A stretch of DNA of 63,048 bases, counting the filler, from Candidatus Aminicenantales bacterium (GTDB lineage: Bacteria > Acidobacteriota > Aminicenantia > Aminicenantales > Saccharicenantaceae): the NCBI GenBank assembly GCA_049512315.1. It is 3 parts of 3 records of this genome, joined end to end, with 100 filler letters (N's around TTAATTAATTAA, not from the genome) between each part and the next. Parts side by side here need not be neighbours in the genome. Positions count along the whole stretch, not along the records: positions 13,200 to 41,719 come from JBEKXF010000034.1; 2 more parts are not named here. One strand, given 5' to 3'. Positions 26,370-37,306 of this stretch are shown piece after piece. The notes beneath the pieces are model-generated. The model ran no database searches. It saw only the letters and a program-made list of their open reading frames with translations, and was not told where the DNA came from. Each line of letters begins with the position of its first letter. The first letter of the stretch is position 1. The position numbers and the translations under genes are program-made.

Positions 26370-28643
26370 TCATCGGGGCCGGGGGCCGGGAGGCAGGTTT
26401 TCGACGAGGAACCGGGTGAGGAGCGTGTAGAGGTGGATCGTCGTCCCCTTGCCCTCGTAAATTCCGTGGGAGCGGTTCGGGTAGGCCATCATCATGAACT
26501 TCTTATTGTTGGCCACGAGCTCGTTGACGAGCGTCTCGAATCCCTGGTAATGGACATTGTCGTCGCCGGTGCCATGGATGATGAGAAGGTTCCCCTTCAG
26601 ATCTTTGGCGAACGTGATAGGGGAGCCGTTCTTGAACCCCTCCTCGTTGTCCTTCGGCAGGCCCATATACCGCTCCTGGTAGATCGTGTCGTAGAAGCGC
26701 TGGTTGGGGACCGAGGCGACCGAGATGCCCGTCTTGTAAAGGTCGGGGTAACGGAACATGGCGTTCAGGGTCATTGATCCGCCGCCGCTCCAGCCCCAGA
26801 TCCCGACCCGGTCGGGGTCGGCGTAAGGCCAGGCGGCGAGGGCCGCCTTGGCCGCTGCGGCCTGGTCGGCCGAGGCCAGGATTCCGATCTGCCGGTAGAT
26901 GCTCTTCCGCCAGGCTCGGCCGCGCGGCGCCGGTGTCCCGTGGTTGTCGAAGCTGGCAACGATATAGCCCTGCTGGGCGAGCATCAGGTGCCAGAGGTAG
27001 CCGCTCCCACCCCAACCGTCCTGCACCGTCTGACCCGCAGGCTCGCCGTAAACGTAGATGAACAGCGGATATTTCTTGGCCGGGTCGAAATCCGGCGGCA
27101 GGATCCGCCAGCCGTCCACCTGGACCCCGCCGCCAATCGCGAGCTTGAAGAATTCCGCTGGCCTGCGCTTGAGGGCCCCAACCTTAGCCTTGAGGGCTTT
27201 ATTGGCCGCGAGGGTTCGCACGACATCCCCTTTGGGGAGGCGAACGAGCTCGGTCACGGGCGGCGAGTCCAGCCGAGACCAGGTGTGAAAAGCCCAGCGG
27301 GCCGACGGAGATACGTCGATGCGGTGAACGCCGCTTTGATTCATTGGACCGACGCGTTCGGGTTTCCCCTTGCCGTCCAGACGGACACGGTAGATGAAGC
27401 GTTTGGTCGCGTCTTCTGGAGACGCCGTGACATAGAGCCATCCGCCCTTCTCGTCGACGGCGTCGACGCTCACGATATCATAATCGCCCGGCGTTAGGAG
27501 CCTGACATCTGGGCCGTTTCGAGAGACATCATAGGCATGCTTCCAGCCATCGCGCTCGCTCAGCCAGAGGAGTCCCTTGCCGCCGCGGAGCCAGACGAAA
27601 TCGTCCATGATTTCGACCCACGTCTCGTCCCTGTCCGTGAAGACCGGCCGGACCTCGCCCGTGCCGGCGTCGCCAATATAGACCGTGTTCCTGTTCTGGA
27701 GCCGGTTGAGCTGCTGGAAGATGATTTCCTTCGAGCTGCCGGCCCATTCGAGGCGCGGGATATACATGTTTCGCGGGTCGCCCGTGGCTTTCATCCAGAC
27801 CGGGTAGCCGCCGGCGACGAGAACGACGCCAACCCGGACGGCCGAGTTCGTCTCCCCGACCTTGGGGTACTTGAAGCTGAGAATTTTCGGATAGAGGCCG
27901 TCCGTGTTGTTGATCATCGAGAAAACGGGGACGCCGCGGGTATCGAACTGCCAAAAAGCGATGGCCGCGCTGTCCGGGCTCCAGCGGAAGCCGTCGCGGA
28001 CGTTGAACTCCTCCTCGTAGACCCAGTCCGAGGTGCCGTTGACGGTCTCCTCATTGCCGTCGAACGTCAATTGCCGGACCTTCCCCGTGGCCAGGTCCTC
28101 AGCGTAGATGTTGTTTTTGACGACATAGGCGGCCAAGCGGCCGTCGGGCGAAAGCTTGGCGAACATCAGCGTCGACGGCTCGAAGTTGGCGCCGAGCTTG
28201 CGGAGGCGGCCGGAATGGAGGTCATAGGTCCAGAAATCGCCCCGCGTATTCTGTCTCCAAACACGCTGGGACTTCGTGAAGACGATGAGGACCCGGCCGT
28301 CGGGCGACCAGGCGTAGTCTTCGATGGCGAGAGGGTCGGAGGCGCCCGGCGGGATGAGTCCGACCGCCGGAACCAGGACTTCTCGTTTTCCGGTCTCTGC
28401 CCCGTAGAGGACGAGGTCGCGGCCGCCCTTGGTCGAGGCGCTCGGCTCCAGGGTCGTATAGGATTCGCCATCCCGCAGCCAGCGGGCCGGGCCGAACCGT
28501 TCAGCGGAAAACTCGAGGGTGCCGAAGATGCGGTCGAGCGTCAGGACGGGGTCCGCGGCCTTTCCCTGGGCGGTGGAAACCGCGGGCACGGACAGAACGA
28601 TCGTTAGGATGACCCAAACAACCAGCGTCAAACGGACTTTCAT
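26370..28643 (-). CDS. Dipeptidyl peptidase IV (S9B family)
   Basis: Signal peptide, DWVYEEE, GIWGWSGGG, HGTGDDNVH, YPNRSH. Confidence 0.95.
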   Translation of the reverse strand: MKVRLTLVVWVILTIVLSVPAVSTAQGKAADPVLTLDRIFGTLEFSAERFGPARWLRDGESYTTLEPSASTKGGRDLVLYGAETGKREVLVPAVGLIPPGASDPLAIEDYAWSPDGRVLIVFTKSQRVWRQNTRGDFWTYDLHSGRLRKLGANFEPSTLMFAKLSPDGRLAAYVVKNNIYAEDLATGKVRQLTFDGNEETVNGTSDWVYEEEFNVRDGFRWSPDSAAIAFWQFDTRGVPVFSMINNTDGLYPKILSFKYPKVGETNSAVRVGVVLVAGGYPVWMKATGDPRNMYIPRLEWAGSSKEIIFQQLNRLQNRNTVYIGDAGTGEVRPVFTDRDETWVEIMDDFVWLRGGKGLLWLSERDGWKHAYDVSRNGPDVRLLTPGDYDIVSVDAVDEKGGWLYVTASPEDATKRFIYRVRLDGKGKPERVGPMNQSGVHRIDVSPSARWAFHTWSRLDSPPVTELVRLPKGDVVRTLAANKALKAKVGALKRRPAEFFKLAIGGGVQVDGWRILPPDFDPAKKYPLFIYVYGEPAGQTVQDGWGGSGYLWHLMLAQQGYIVASFDNHGTPAPRGRAWRKSIYRQIGILASADQAAAAKAALAAWPYADPDRVGIWGWSGGGSMTLNAMFRYPDLYKTGISVASVPNQRFYDTIYQERYMGLPKDNEEGFKNGSPITFAKDLKGNLLIIHGTGDDNVHYQGFETLVNELVANNKKFMMMAYPNRSHGIYEGKGTTIHLYTLLTRFLVENLPPGPRPR

Positions 28644-28749
28644 GGAAATCGGCCTCCTCCTTTTTGATCTTCAGGCCGCCCGCCCGGACATGCCGGAAGG
28701 ACGGCTCGCCATCTCGAGAATACCATTCCCAACGCAATCAACCAACGGG

Positions 28750-28962
28750 CGAGGGACGAGGAAATCGAGGAAAAACTCCGCGCTTCCCTTCATGACCGGG
28801 TAGTACCGCTTTAGGAATTCCCTGTCGCCGATGAACAAGTAATGCTCCCAGAGGTGAGTCCAGAGCCAAATCCCTCCCGTCGTGAAGGTGCCTCAGCTCG
28901 GGCCGTCCATCGGCGCGGCCACGCGCCAGATGTCCGTATTCTGATGGAAGATCCAGCCGCGA
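28750..28962 (-). pseudogene. Internal fragment of a GH95 alpha-L-fucosidase with a nonsense codon
   Basis: Minus frame reads RGWIFHQNTDIWRVAAPMDGPS*GTFTTGGIWLWTHLWEHYLFIGDREFLKRYYPVMKGSAEFFLDFLV. Confidence 0.75.
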
Positions 28963-29221
28963 GGTCGCCGGCCCGGCCATGCTCGACGAGGTCGGCCAGG
29001 CGGCCCTTGTCGGCCGTCCCCCAGACGGGCTCGTCCCGCTTGGCCCCTTTCATGACCCCGGCCGCCACCTAGAATTCACCCAGCTGATCATAGACCCTAT
29101 TATCCACGATTTCCCCAGTGACTGCCAGGATCAGATCGGGTGCGCCCCTTTCTTTCCTCACCCGGAATAGATGAAGCCCCCCGGCAAAAGATTGCCTGGG
29201 AAAAACAAGGGATATCGGGCG

Positions 29222-30772
29222 TTACTTCAGACGGGGAAGGGAGAGTGCAGAGGGAGTCATGGCGATCCCACCCAGGGCCGTGCAGCGGAGTTCAGCCGGA
29301 AGCATCTTCCCCGAAGAATAGACGGCGTCGATGGTCTCATCGAGAGGAATCGGATTCCGGTAGCCGCCGAGTATCAAGTCGGCACAGACAAATGCGCTCG
29401 CTGCGGCCACGGCGTTCCGGGTGTGGCAGGGAATTTCGCATATCCCCTGGACCAAGTCGCAAACAGACCCCATGGTGTTCTGCAGGGAAACGGCCGCGGC
29501 ATCCGCGGCCTGCGCCGGGCTCCCGCCGACCGCCTCGACCACGGCCGCGGCGGCCATCGCTCCCGCCGCGCCGATTTCGACCTGGCAGCCGGCGACTTCG
29601 GCGGCAAAGGTCGCCCGCCTGGCGATGATGAGGCCGATCGCGGAGGCGGCCAGAAGGGCCAGGGCTGTTTTCTCTCCATCGAGCTTCTTCTCCTCGACCA
29701 ACGTGACGGCGACGCCGGGGAGGACGCCCGCCGAACCGCCCGTCGGGGCCGCGCAGACAATACCCAGGCTGTTGGAGACGTGCAAAGCGGCCATGGCCCT
29801 GGCCGCGGCCCTCGTGTGGAGGCCCCCGGCCGGGAGCCTTGCATTCGCCTCGGAGCGGAAGATCCTCCCGGCCGTAGGCCTCAGGAGCTGCATCCGGATC
29901 CCGCGGCCAGAAAGGCCCTGGCGGACAGAATTCCGCATGATCTCGAAGCGCCGCCGGATCTCCCCGATGACTTCTTTTTCGGATATCCCCAGAAGCTTCG
30001 CTTCATAGGCCAGCACGGTTTCTCCTAAAGAGAAGCGCCGCGCGCGGGCCACGCGGATCATTTCCGTCCCGGTCGAGAAAAGGGGCGTCCCTTTTTGGAC
30101 ATAAAAAAGAGGAGAGGCCAACCAAGTCTCCCTGACACCCCTGAGTCGGTCAAGTTGGGCCCGGGTTTCTTGACTCAGGGGGGCTTTCCGTTTGAAAGAG
30201 AGAAAGACTCCCTTGTCCCTGACCTGCCGCACGGGATCACCGACCAGCTGACCGTCTGAAGAGATGATGCTTTGAAGGAGGCGGCCCTGGCGCTTATCGG
30301 CAAAGACAATAACCTCGTAGCTTTTCCCGTCGAGAGCGACCGGCCAGCCTTCGAGCTCGGTGAGAACGATCATTCCCCCGCCGACCGACTGGGCCGTGGC
30401 CTTAAGGCTCTTCCCCCGTTTGGAGGCCAACTCGATTTTCACGGTATTCGGATGATCCACCCTTTCGAGCGGGGCGATCCAGAAATCGAGTCTGAGACCT
30501 TGCTTGGGGGCAATGGTGAGAGCTTTGGCGAACCGGCCGTCGGTGATCGGCCAGCCGAGGAGCCCCGAGGCGAGGGCTAGGTCGACGCCCTGCTGGCGGT
30601 AGGTCTTGGCATAAGAGCCGTGTGGGTCAAAAGTGAACGCGGCCGCGGCGGGTTCCTCGCCCAGCAGGGAGCGGACGAGCCGGCCGATGTGATATGAACC
30701 GGCGGTGTGAGAGCTGGACGGCCCGCGCATGACCGGTCCGAGGACATCGTTGAGGATGCTGATGAATTCCAT
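29222..30772 (-). CDS. Fe-S-dependent L-serine dehydratase, fused beta-alpha subunits
   Basis: GPVMRGPSSSHTAG, HPNT and SVGGG (beta); AAPTGGSAG, GCQVEIG, CD...CEIPC (alpha). Confidence 0.9.
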   Translation of the reverse strand: MEFISILNDVLGPVMRGPSSSHTAGSYHIGRLVRSLLGEEPAAAAFTFDPHGSYAKTYRQQGVDLALASGLLGWPITDGRFAKALTIAPKQGLRLDFWIAPLERVDHPNTVKIELASKRGKSLKATAQSVGGGMIVLTELEGWPVALDGKSYEVIVFADKRQGRLLQSIISSDGQLVGDPVRQVRDKGVFLSFKRKAPLSQETRAQLDRLRGVRETWLASPLFYVQKGTPLFSTGTEMIRVARARRFSLGETVLAYEAKLLGISEKEVIGEIRRRFEIMRNSVRQGLSGRGIRMQLLRPTAGRIFRSEANARLPAGGLHTRAAARAMAALHVSNSLGIVCAAPTGGSAGVLPGVAVTLVEEKKLDGEKTALALLAASAIGLIIARRATFAAEVAGCQVEIGAAGAMAAAAVVEAVGGSPAQAADAAAVSLQNTMGSVCDLVQGICEIPCHTRNAVAAASAFVCADLILGGYRNPIPLDETIDAVYSSGKMLPAELRCTALGGIAMTPSALSLPRLK

Positions 30773-30781
30773 CGTTATTCT

Positions 30782-31723
30782 TCAGCCTAGGACCAGACAG
30801 GCGATCGCCAGGTCCTGGGCCGCGTTGCCCACGGACTTGAACAACGTGATGTCATCGCCGGAGATCCGGCCGGGCTTGAGTCCAGCCAGGACTTCGCCGA
30901 TCTCCGCGCGGATATGGCCCTCATCAATCAGGCCCTCGCGGAGGGGGATGATCAGGTCCCCGGCTTCCTCGAGGCAGGCCTGCCTCTGATCGACGTAGAC
31001 TTTGGCCCGCATGACGGTTTCGCCCGGGATCTCGCGGATATGAGGCTTATAAGACCCGATGGCGTTGATGTGGACACCCGGCTTCAGGTCCCTGTCCAGG
31101 AAGATGGGCATGATGGAGGTCGTTGCCGTCGAGATGATGTCCGCTTCCCGCAGCGCTTGGGGCGAGGCGGCCGGCTCCACATCCAAGGACAATTTTTTCC
31201 CCATTTCCATGGCGTAGTTCGCCGCGGCCGAGGGGTTGATGTCAAAAATAAAGGCCTTTCGGATCGGGCGGACTGCGGAGATGGCCTGGAGCTGCGTTCG
31301 ACCTTGAACACCGGCGCCGAAGATGGCGGCCACCCGGGCATCCCGGCGGGCCAGCACGTCCGTGGCGGCCCCGGAGGCCGCCCCTGTCCGAACGGCAGTG
31401 AGATAAGCCGCCTCCATCACGGCCAGCGGCGTTCCGCTCTCAGCATCCATGATGATGGCTATAGCCTGGGCCACGGGAAGCCCCTTGGCCGGATTGTCCT
31501 CGCACAACGAAATCAGCTTCAGGCCGAGCCGCTTGCTTTGAGGCAAATAAGCGGACATGACCAGAGCCGTTGTCCGGAATCCGGGGATTTCGAGGCGGGT
31601 CCTGGGGGGGACGACGGCTCGGCCGGAAGAGAGCTCGATAAAAGCCTTTTTGACCGCCCGGATAGCGTCGGGCATGGCCAGGCTCCTCTTGATCTCTTCA
31701 TCCGTGACGTATCTCATCGACAT
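30782..31723 (-). CDS. Ornithine cyclodeaminase/mu-crystallin family protein
   Basis: LTAVRTGAASG, IFGAGVQG, GVHINAIGS, FKSVGNAAQD. Confidence 0.92.
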   Translation of the reverse strand: MSMRYVTDEEIKRSLAMPDAIRAVKKAFIELSSGRAVVPPRTRLEIPGFRTTALVMSAYLPQSKRLGLKLISLCEDNPAKGLPVAQAIAIIMDAESGTPLAVMEAAYLTAVRTGAASGAATDVLARRDARVAAIFGAGVQGRTQLQAISAVRPIRKAFIFDINPSAAANYAMEMGKKLSLDVEPAASPQALREADIISTATTSIMPIFLDRDLKPGVHINAIGSYKPHIREIPGETVMRAKVYVDQRQACLEEAGDLIIPLREGLIDEGHIRAEIGEVLAGLKPGRISGDDITLFKSVGNAAQDLAIACLVLG

Positions 31724-31929
31724 CCCATGACCGGATGATGATATCGCCTGCCTGGGATCGCTGTCAAGAAAACGGCGGGCGCGAAAAGAGGGAAGACGAG
31801 GAGAACGAGAAAAATGGACAGGAAGCGCTTTCGGGTTTTATCGGTCATATCGGCAATCACCCTTTATGCCTGACGTTAATACTTTGATTCATTTATAACT
31901 TATTTTTCCAGGATAATTAACCTTGGGCA

Positions 31930-33130
31930 CAGCCCGTTCATTTGATGGCCGGAAAGATGTCCTGCTATCCTTTGGCCGCATCCCTAGGAAGGGGTTTTGT
32001 CGATGAAGAAGTCGAAGTTCACGGAGGAACAGATCGAGGCGGAGACGGGGACGCGGGTGGCCGAGGTCTGCCGGAAGACGGGCATATCGGAGCAGACGTT
32101 TTTCCGGTGGAAGAAGAAGTACGAGGGTCTTGGCGTTTCAGAGTTTCGTCGTTTGAGGCAGCTTGAGGAGGAGAACCGGCAACTTAAGCGCCTGGTGGCG
32201 AACCTAACGCTCGACAAGCAGATGCTCCAGGATGCGCTATCAAAAAAAACTCTAGCGCCCGCCGGGAAGCGGGACCTTGCAGATGTGATGAAGATGGCTT
32301 ACAAGGTCTCGGAACGGCGGGCTTGCACAGCTTTTGAGTTTGCCCGTTCTGTCGTCCGCTACGAAAGCAAGGCAGATCCCCATACGGCACTTCGGATGCG
32401 TCTTCGGGAGTTGGCGATGGCCCGTGTCGGCTACAGCTATACCCGCCTTTACGTCCTCCTTTAGCGAGAGGGTTGGCAGGTTGATCACAAGTGCGTGTAC
32501 CGGTTGTATCGCCAAGAAGGTTTCGGTCTGAGGAAAAGGACTCCCAGGCGGCATAGCGCCTCTTTAAAACCGGATCTGCGGCCGTGGCTTTTGAGAAGAA
32601 CGAATGTTGGAGAATGGATTTTATGTCGGACGAGCTTTTCGACGGCCGGCGAATCCGGGATTTAACGTTAGTGGACAACCATACCCGTGAGAGTCTGGCC
32701 ATTCATGTGGCTCAGCGCATCCACGGCATGGAAGTCGTGCAGGTTCTCGAACGGGTTTCCAAGGACCATGGAAAGCCTAGAACGATCCGGGTTGACAAAG
32801 ACCAGGAGTTCATCTCGAAGGAAGTCGATCTGTGGACCTACTGGAATCACGTCACCTTGGACTTTTCCAGTCCGGGCCGCGCCGACGGACAACGCTTATA
32901 TCGAGTCCTTTAATGGGCGGTTCTGGCAGGAGTGCCTGAATGAACACTGGTTTTTGAGTTTGGAGGATGCCCGGGAGATAATAGATAAGTGGCGCAAGGA
33001 TTATAAGGAGTTCCGGCCACACAGCTCGCTTGGAGACTTGACGCCATGCCAATTCGTTGATAAATACAAGAGCAGCTTAAGAAGCCAAAAAACTCCATTT
33101 TTGGCTGGACCAGTTTTGGGGTGAGGCTCC
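31930..33130 (+). mobile_element. IS3-family insertion sequence, decayed (ends approximate)
   Basis: OrfA MKKSKFTEEQI...CRKTGISEQTFFRWKKKY from 32003; A8 tract near 32242; OrfB W.MDF.SD, DNAYIESFNG..ECLN, RPHSSLG split by stops and frameshifts. Confidence 0.88.
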
Positions 33131-33174
33131 TGGTCGATCGACCGAGTGATTGCCGGCGGAAAGAAATAGGAAAG

Positions 33175-34746
33175 CTACCTTAACGTCCCTCCGACGTCAT
33201 CCGTGACCTCCAGGTCGACGTCGTAGTAGACCGCGGACATCGGCTTGGCCGATATGGGGTCCGTATTGTCGAGCCTCACGACGGCGTGATAGAGGCCCTT
33301 CTTTAGGCCGGCCGTAGAAACCGTATTCGTGACCGTCTGGCTCCTTCCGTTCTTTGCCACGGACACGGAAAGCCAGTCCGGAATGTCTTGGCGCACCTTC
33401 CAAAGAGATAGCTCCGAGCTCCCTTTGTTCGTGAGAGTGATCATCCCGTTGAGCTCTTGAGGAGAGGAGCCGCCCGCCCGCAGGGAAACGCGATAGGTAT
33501 TGGCCACGATAATGGGCGGCAGCGGGAAGTCATTGGATCTGGAGATCCTGAAAAACCTAGCATCATTGGGTTCGACTCGGACGGATATGGCACTGTTCGA
33601 ACTGATGGAGGGCCCCGCGGTTGTATGTCGCCACAGATCACGCACATAGAAGGCCGTCTTTTGGCTGATCCCGATCTCCGAAGGCTGGATGGCCACGGCT
33701 TCCCAAGACGTTCCCTGGTTGAAAATGAGCACGGCCTGGCTGCCGTCGAAGAGTGGCTTGCCTGCCCAGATGCTGACCTTGCCGTCCATGCGGATGATAT
33801 GCCCCTGGACACCCAGAGGGTCCTGGTTGACCGCGATGGCCTCAGGGTTGGTCAAGATCCGGATTGTCGATGTCGACATATCCCGCAGATCGTTCCCGGC
33901 CATGAGCGGCGCTGCCATCATACACCAAAGACTGAAGAACGCGCGGTTTTGGACCGCGCTCAGCCCCGGCATTCCGGCGATCAGCATGTCGGGGTCGTTC
34001 CAGTGGCCGGGCCCGGCCCATGGGAACAACTTTTCGTTAATCGCGGCGATATTCATGGCCAGATCCCAGTCCGCCTTGCCGGGGGCGCAGATATCCGTCG
34101 TAGTCCTCCAGAGGTGCCCGACCTGGGCGGCCCACTTCCACGGCTCTCCGTCGCCCCATGAGCAAAGACTATGGACGATGGGGCGCCCGGAGGCGCGCTG
34201 GGCGTCTCGGAGCGTCGTGTAAGTTTTGACAATGTCCTGACCTTCCGTGTTACACCAGTCGATCTTGATATAGTCCGCCCGCCACTCGGCGAACTGTCGC
34301 ATGTCCTCGAACTCGTGGCCCTTCGTTCCCGGCATGGCCCCGCTGCAGGTATGGGTCCCGGCGTCCGTGTAGAGCGCGTATTTCAGGCCTTTTTGGTGGA
34401 TATAGTTACCGAGGCCGAGGAGCCCCGACGGGTACCGTTCGAGGTTTGTCGTGATCCTGCCGTCGTTCCCGCGCAAGAAACAGATGCCCTCGTCGGGGCC
34501 GACGTAGGAGTAGCCGGCGTCCTTCAAGCCGCTCGAAACGAGGGCGTCGACGATCTCCCTGATCAGCTTTTCGTTCTGCGGGTCCTGGCCGAAGATGTTC
34601 CATGGATACCAGCCCATCGGGGGAGTGAGGGCCAGCCCGTCGTCCGCGGCATGGATCGTGGGGACGGATTCTTGAGCGTGGGGGATTATCGCGCAGAAGA
34701 CGATGGCCACCCCTACGGCCGCGATGAATATTAGGATTCTTTTCAT
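33175..34746 (-). CDS. Secreted GH27 alpha-galactosidase with C-terminal beta-sandwich/BACON-like domain
   Basis: LALTPPMGW, DYIKIDWC, WRTTTDI, AGPGHWNDPDML, IAVNQDPLG. Confidence 0.92.
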   Translation of the reverse strand: MKRILIFIAAVGVAIVFCAIIPHAQESVPTIHAADDGLALTPPMGWYPWNIFGQDPQNEKLIREIVDALVSSGLKDAGYSYVGPDEGICFLRGNDGRITTNLERYPSGLLGLGNYIHQKGLKYALYTDAGTHTCSGAMPGTKGHEFEDMRQFAEWRADYIKIDWCNTEGQDIVKTYTTLRDAQRASGRPIVHSLCSWGDGEPWKWAAQVGHLWRTTTDICAPGKADWDLAMNIAAINEKLFPWAGPGHWNDPDMLIAGMPGLSAVQNRAFFSLWCMMAAPLMAGNDLRDMSTSTIRILTNPEAIAVNQDPLGVQGHIIRMDGKVSIWAGKPLFDGSQAVLIFNQGTSWEAVAIQPSEIGISQKTAFYVRDLWRHTTAGPSISSNSAISVRVEPNDARFFRISRSNDFPLPPIIVANTYRVSLRAGGSSPQELNGMITLTNKGSSELSLWKVRQDIPDWLSVSVAKNGRSQTVTNTVSTAGLKKGLYHAVVRLDNTDPISAKPMSAVYYDVDLEVTDDVGGTLR

Positions 34747-35584
34747 TGTCGAACTCCCTTCTAGTGGACTGGAACAATCTCAGCCCGGCCGGGGATGAGC
34801 AAACGGAAGGGGAAAAAGAAATGGCTCACCTGATCCTTCGTCATTCCCCAAAATGCTTTTCTGAATCCTGCGGATGACGATACTTGGGATTTTTCCATGG
34901 GCTTATCGAGGACCTCTAATGTTTCCAGGCTCATGCGGTGTCGAGGGGACTCCGGCCACAGGGCGGACTTCCCGAGATAGAAGCAATATGCAGTCTAGGG
35001 GGCAGTCCGACCCCGCTGGTTTCACCAGTAGGTCGCTCAGGAGCTTGGCAGGATAGCGGCCACCTGGCGCCTGCGCCCCCTTCTTCTCCCTCGGTGTGCA
35101 TCTTTCCCTCAATCCGGTGACTTCCGGCCCGGTCTCCTGATTTTCTTCATGGCCGGTGCTCAGCGGGCTTTTCGTGAGGAAAATCCTGGAGCGGCCCAGA
35201 ATACTATCATTTCGCGGAGAGCACATATCCTGGCTACAAGCTTCGGAACCAATGGCTCTCATCGCGAAATGATAGTATTCCGGGCCGCTGGTCGGAGTCA
35301 AACCGCCGAAACCAAAAAGGGCGGAGGACCTTTCCGGGTATCCGCCGTTGGCCTTCGAATAAAGGTCGACCGCCGGCACATGCGGGAATTCATCACCTCC
35401 CGGCAAAAGCTCATTCCTATCATTCTTGACCCATCAACATCGAAGGCGAGTCCCATTGACAGCATCAGTCAGCCGACGCTATAGTTCAGGAATGGCGAGA
35501 AGGATGGATTCATCACCACGAACAGAAATCCAACCCGCCGCGGATAAAGGGGATTCCTGTTTTTTAAAGAATTGAGGTGGAATC

Positions 35585-37306
35585 ATGGTTTCAAAGTCCC
35601 TCCAGAAAAACCTTTGCTTCTTCCTGATGGTTTCGGTCACGGGGATCTTATGTCTGTCCACTAACGGATCTGCAGAAGTCAAGGCCAACGGTCCGCTGAC
35701 CTCTTCCAAGAAAGTCGCAACTCCTCACGGGGATCACGAATCGGATTCAAAGGGTCAATTCCTTGGCGATGGTCTTATGGGATACATTTCATCTCGGGCA
35801 TCACAGCCGTCCTCCGGTTATGGCGCCGGCGTGGGGTTTTATGTGGCCGTTTACCCGATTCTGCCGGAGCCTATTGATCACTTCCAGATCGGTCTTGCAT
35901 CGACCTGGATTGTCCCCAAAAACTCCGATAATTCCGATACGCCTCTTTGTCCTCCCGGCACATATGCTCGGGATAACTGGCCGGAACGTGCCCCAACTTA
36001 TGGGGCGGTCTTTCAAACCATTGAGGGTGGCCTTGGCATTTGGGGAAGTACTCAATTCCGATCCGGCTATCAACCTCCCAAATTTCAGATCGTCGGTGTG
36101 CCGGATTGTTATTCCGGGAATTATCTCATCTCGCCCGGCTGGCCGGATACGACGACAGTCACCAGCGATGACAAAATGGGCATCGCGCAACTCAGCAACC
36201 ATTTCCTCCTTCCACCGGACGGGCTCACGTTCCAGAAGAACCCCCATGGAGAATTGTTCGGATACTCCTGGATGGCCTTGCCTCTCGCGGACGAGAAGAA
36301 GGGGCCTCCACCGACCGGCAACCAGCACTGGACTCTTTTTCTGGCCCTGGCCAACTTCAAAGGGCCGGTCGCCTTTGTCATCCCCGAATCGTGGAGCAAG
36401 ATCTCGGCCGGTTACACCTTTGATTACGGACGCGGTCTCGACGCCCGGGAGGGGGAGGCGGGAGGAGGTGCGCAGGAATTCAACACCGTACCGTATTTCG
36501 AAGTCAAAGATGATCAGGGAACAACGTATTCAAAGATCCCCAATTTTATCTACCCGGTGGATAAACAGGGGAGAACGGCGCTGATGCAGGAGGTGCGATA
36601 CTATTCAAAGAAAGCCCTGGCCGATGCTGTATTGAAATGGCGTCAAGGAGGCCCTGAGTGCCCCGGGCGTTTCGACATATCTCCCGATGCCTGCGTGATG
36701 GCAGAGATTAGAGCATCGCCCATCAATTTCCGTCAAACAAAGGAAAGAAAGCCGTTGACCGGCATTGACAAGGTTGTCCAAACGGCTGTCTTTGATTCCT
36801 ATACCTTTGGCCTGCAATGGAACGACAGCCCTCTGAGTCCCAACGGAGAATTCCCCCGGTACTATAAGGAAACGGGCTCGAGCCGGGTTGCGGTTGGCGC
36901 CTTAGAGGTGCCCAGACCGTTGAGAGCCAAGGAATTCAGCCCCGCCGTCAACGGAAATAGCTACACGTCCCCGGCGACCGGTTCCTGGGCAAATCCCGGA
37001 CCGGCAAAAGGCCCATATTATGCCCATTTGGCTGACGGCTCCAGAGTCACCTATTATTGGTATCGTTTTATCGATCAGCCCTCTTTGCAGCAATATAAAA
37101 ACGTCTGGAGCGATTCGATGAAAGCGGAACTGCAAACGCTCATTGAAAAAATCCAAAAGAGCTGGAAAATTGACAACGAATATATGCCACCACCTAGAGA
37201 TGGGAAGCCGCTGGTCTCCATAGATCCGGCTCTCATCGTGACACCTCCGGCGGGTTTGGAAGTCGGTTATGTGCCGATCGTGACACGTCAGGAGATTATG
37301 AAGTAG
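35585..37306 (+). CDS. Secreted hypothetical protein
   Basis: 573-aa ORF, GAGGTGG RBS, signal peptide, rich in Trp/Pro/Gly; no family recognised. Confidence 0.8.
   Translation: MVSKSLQKNLCFFLMVSVTGILCLSTNGSAEVKANGPLTSSKKVATPHGDHESDSKGQFLGDGLMGYISSRASQPSSGYGAGVGFYVAVYPILPEPIDHFQIGLASTWIVPKNSDNSDTPLCPPGTYARDNWPERAPTYGAVFQTIEGGLGIWGSTQFRSGYQPPKFQIVGVPDCYSGNYLISPGWPDTTTVTSDDKMGIAQLSNHFLLPPDGLTFQKNPHGELFGYSWMALPLADEKKGPPPTGNQHWTLFLALANFKGPVAFVIPESWSKISAGYTFDYGRGLDAREGEAGGGAQEFNTVPYFEVKDDQGTTYSKIPNFIYPVDKQGRTALMQEVRYYSKKALADAVLKWRQGGPECPGRFDISPDACVMAEIRASPINFRQTKERKPLTGIDKVVQTAVFDSYTFGLQWNDSPLSPNGEFPRYYKETGSSRVAVGALEVPRPLRAKEFSPAVNGNSYTSPATGSWANPGPAKGPYYAHLADGSRVTYYWYRFIDQPSLQQYKNVWSDSMKAELQTLIEKIQKSWKIDNEYMPPPRDGKPLVSIDPALIVTPPAGLEVGYVPIVTRQEIMK

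Noticed and set aside
28893..28895. TGA recoding (Trp/Sec) in the GH95 fragment
   Set aside because: The fragment lacks both ends, and TGA serves as a normal stop in many genes here.
31930..33130. Active IS3 element
   Set aside because: Deletion in OrfA, an in-frame stop at 32462 and several frameshifts; terminal inverted repeats are not clearly paired.
34800..35560. ORFs or structured RNA in the long intergenic region
   Set aside because: No recognisable protein motif, RBS or conserved RNA fold could be supported by eye.
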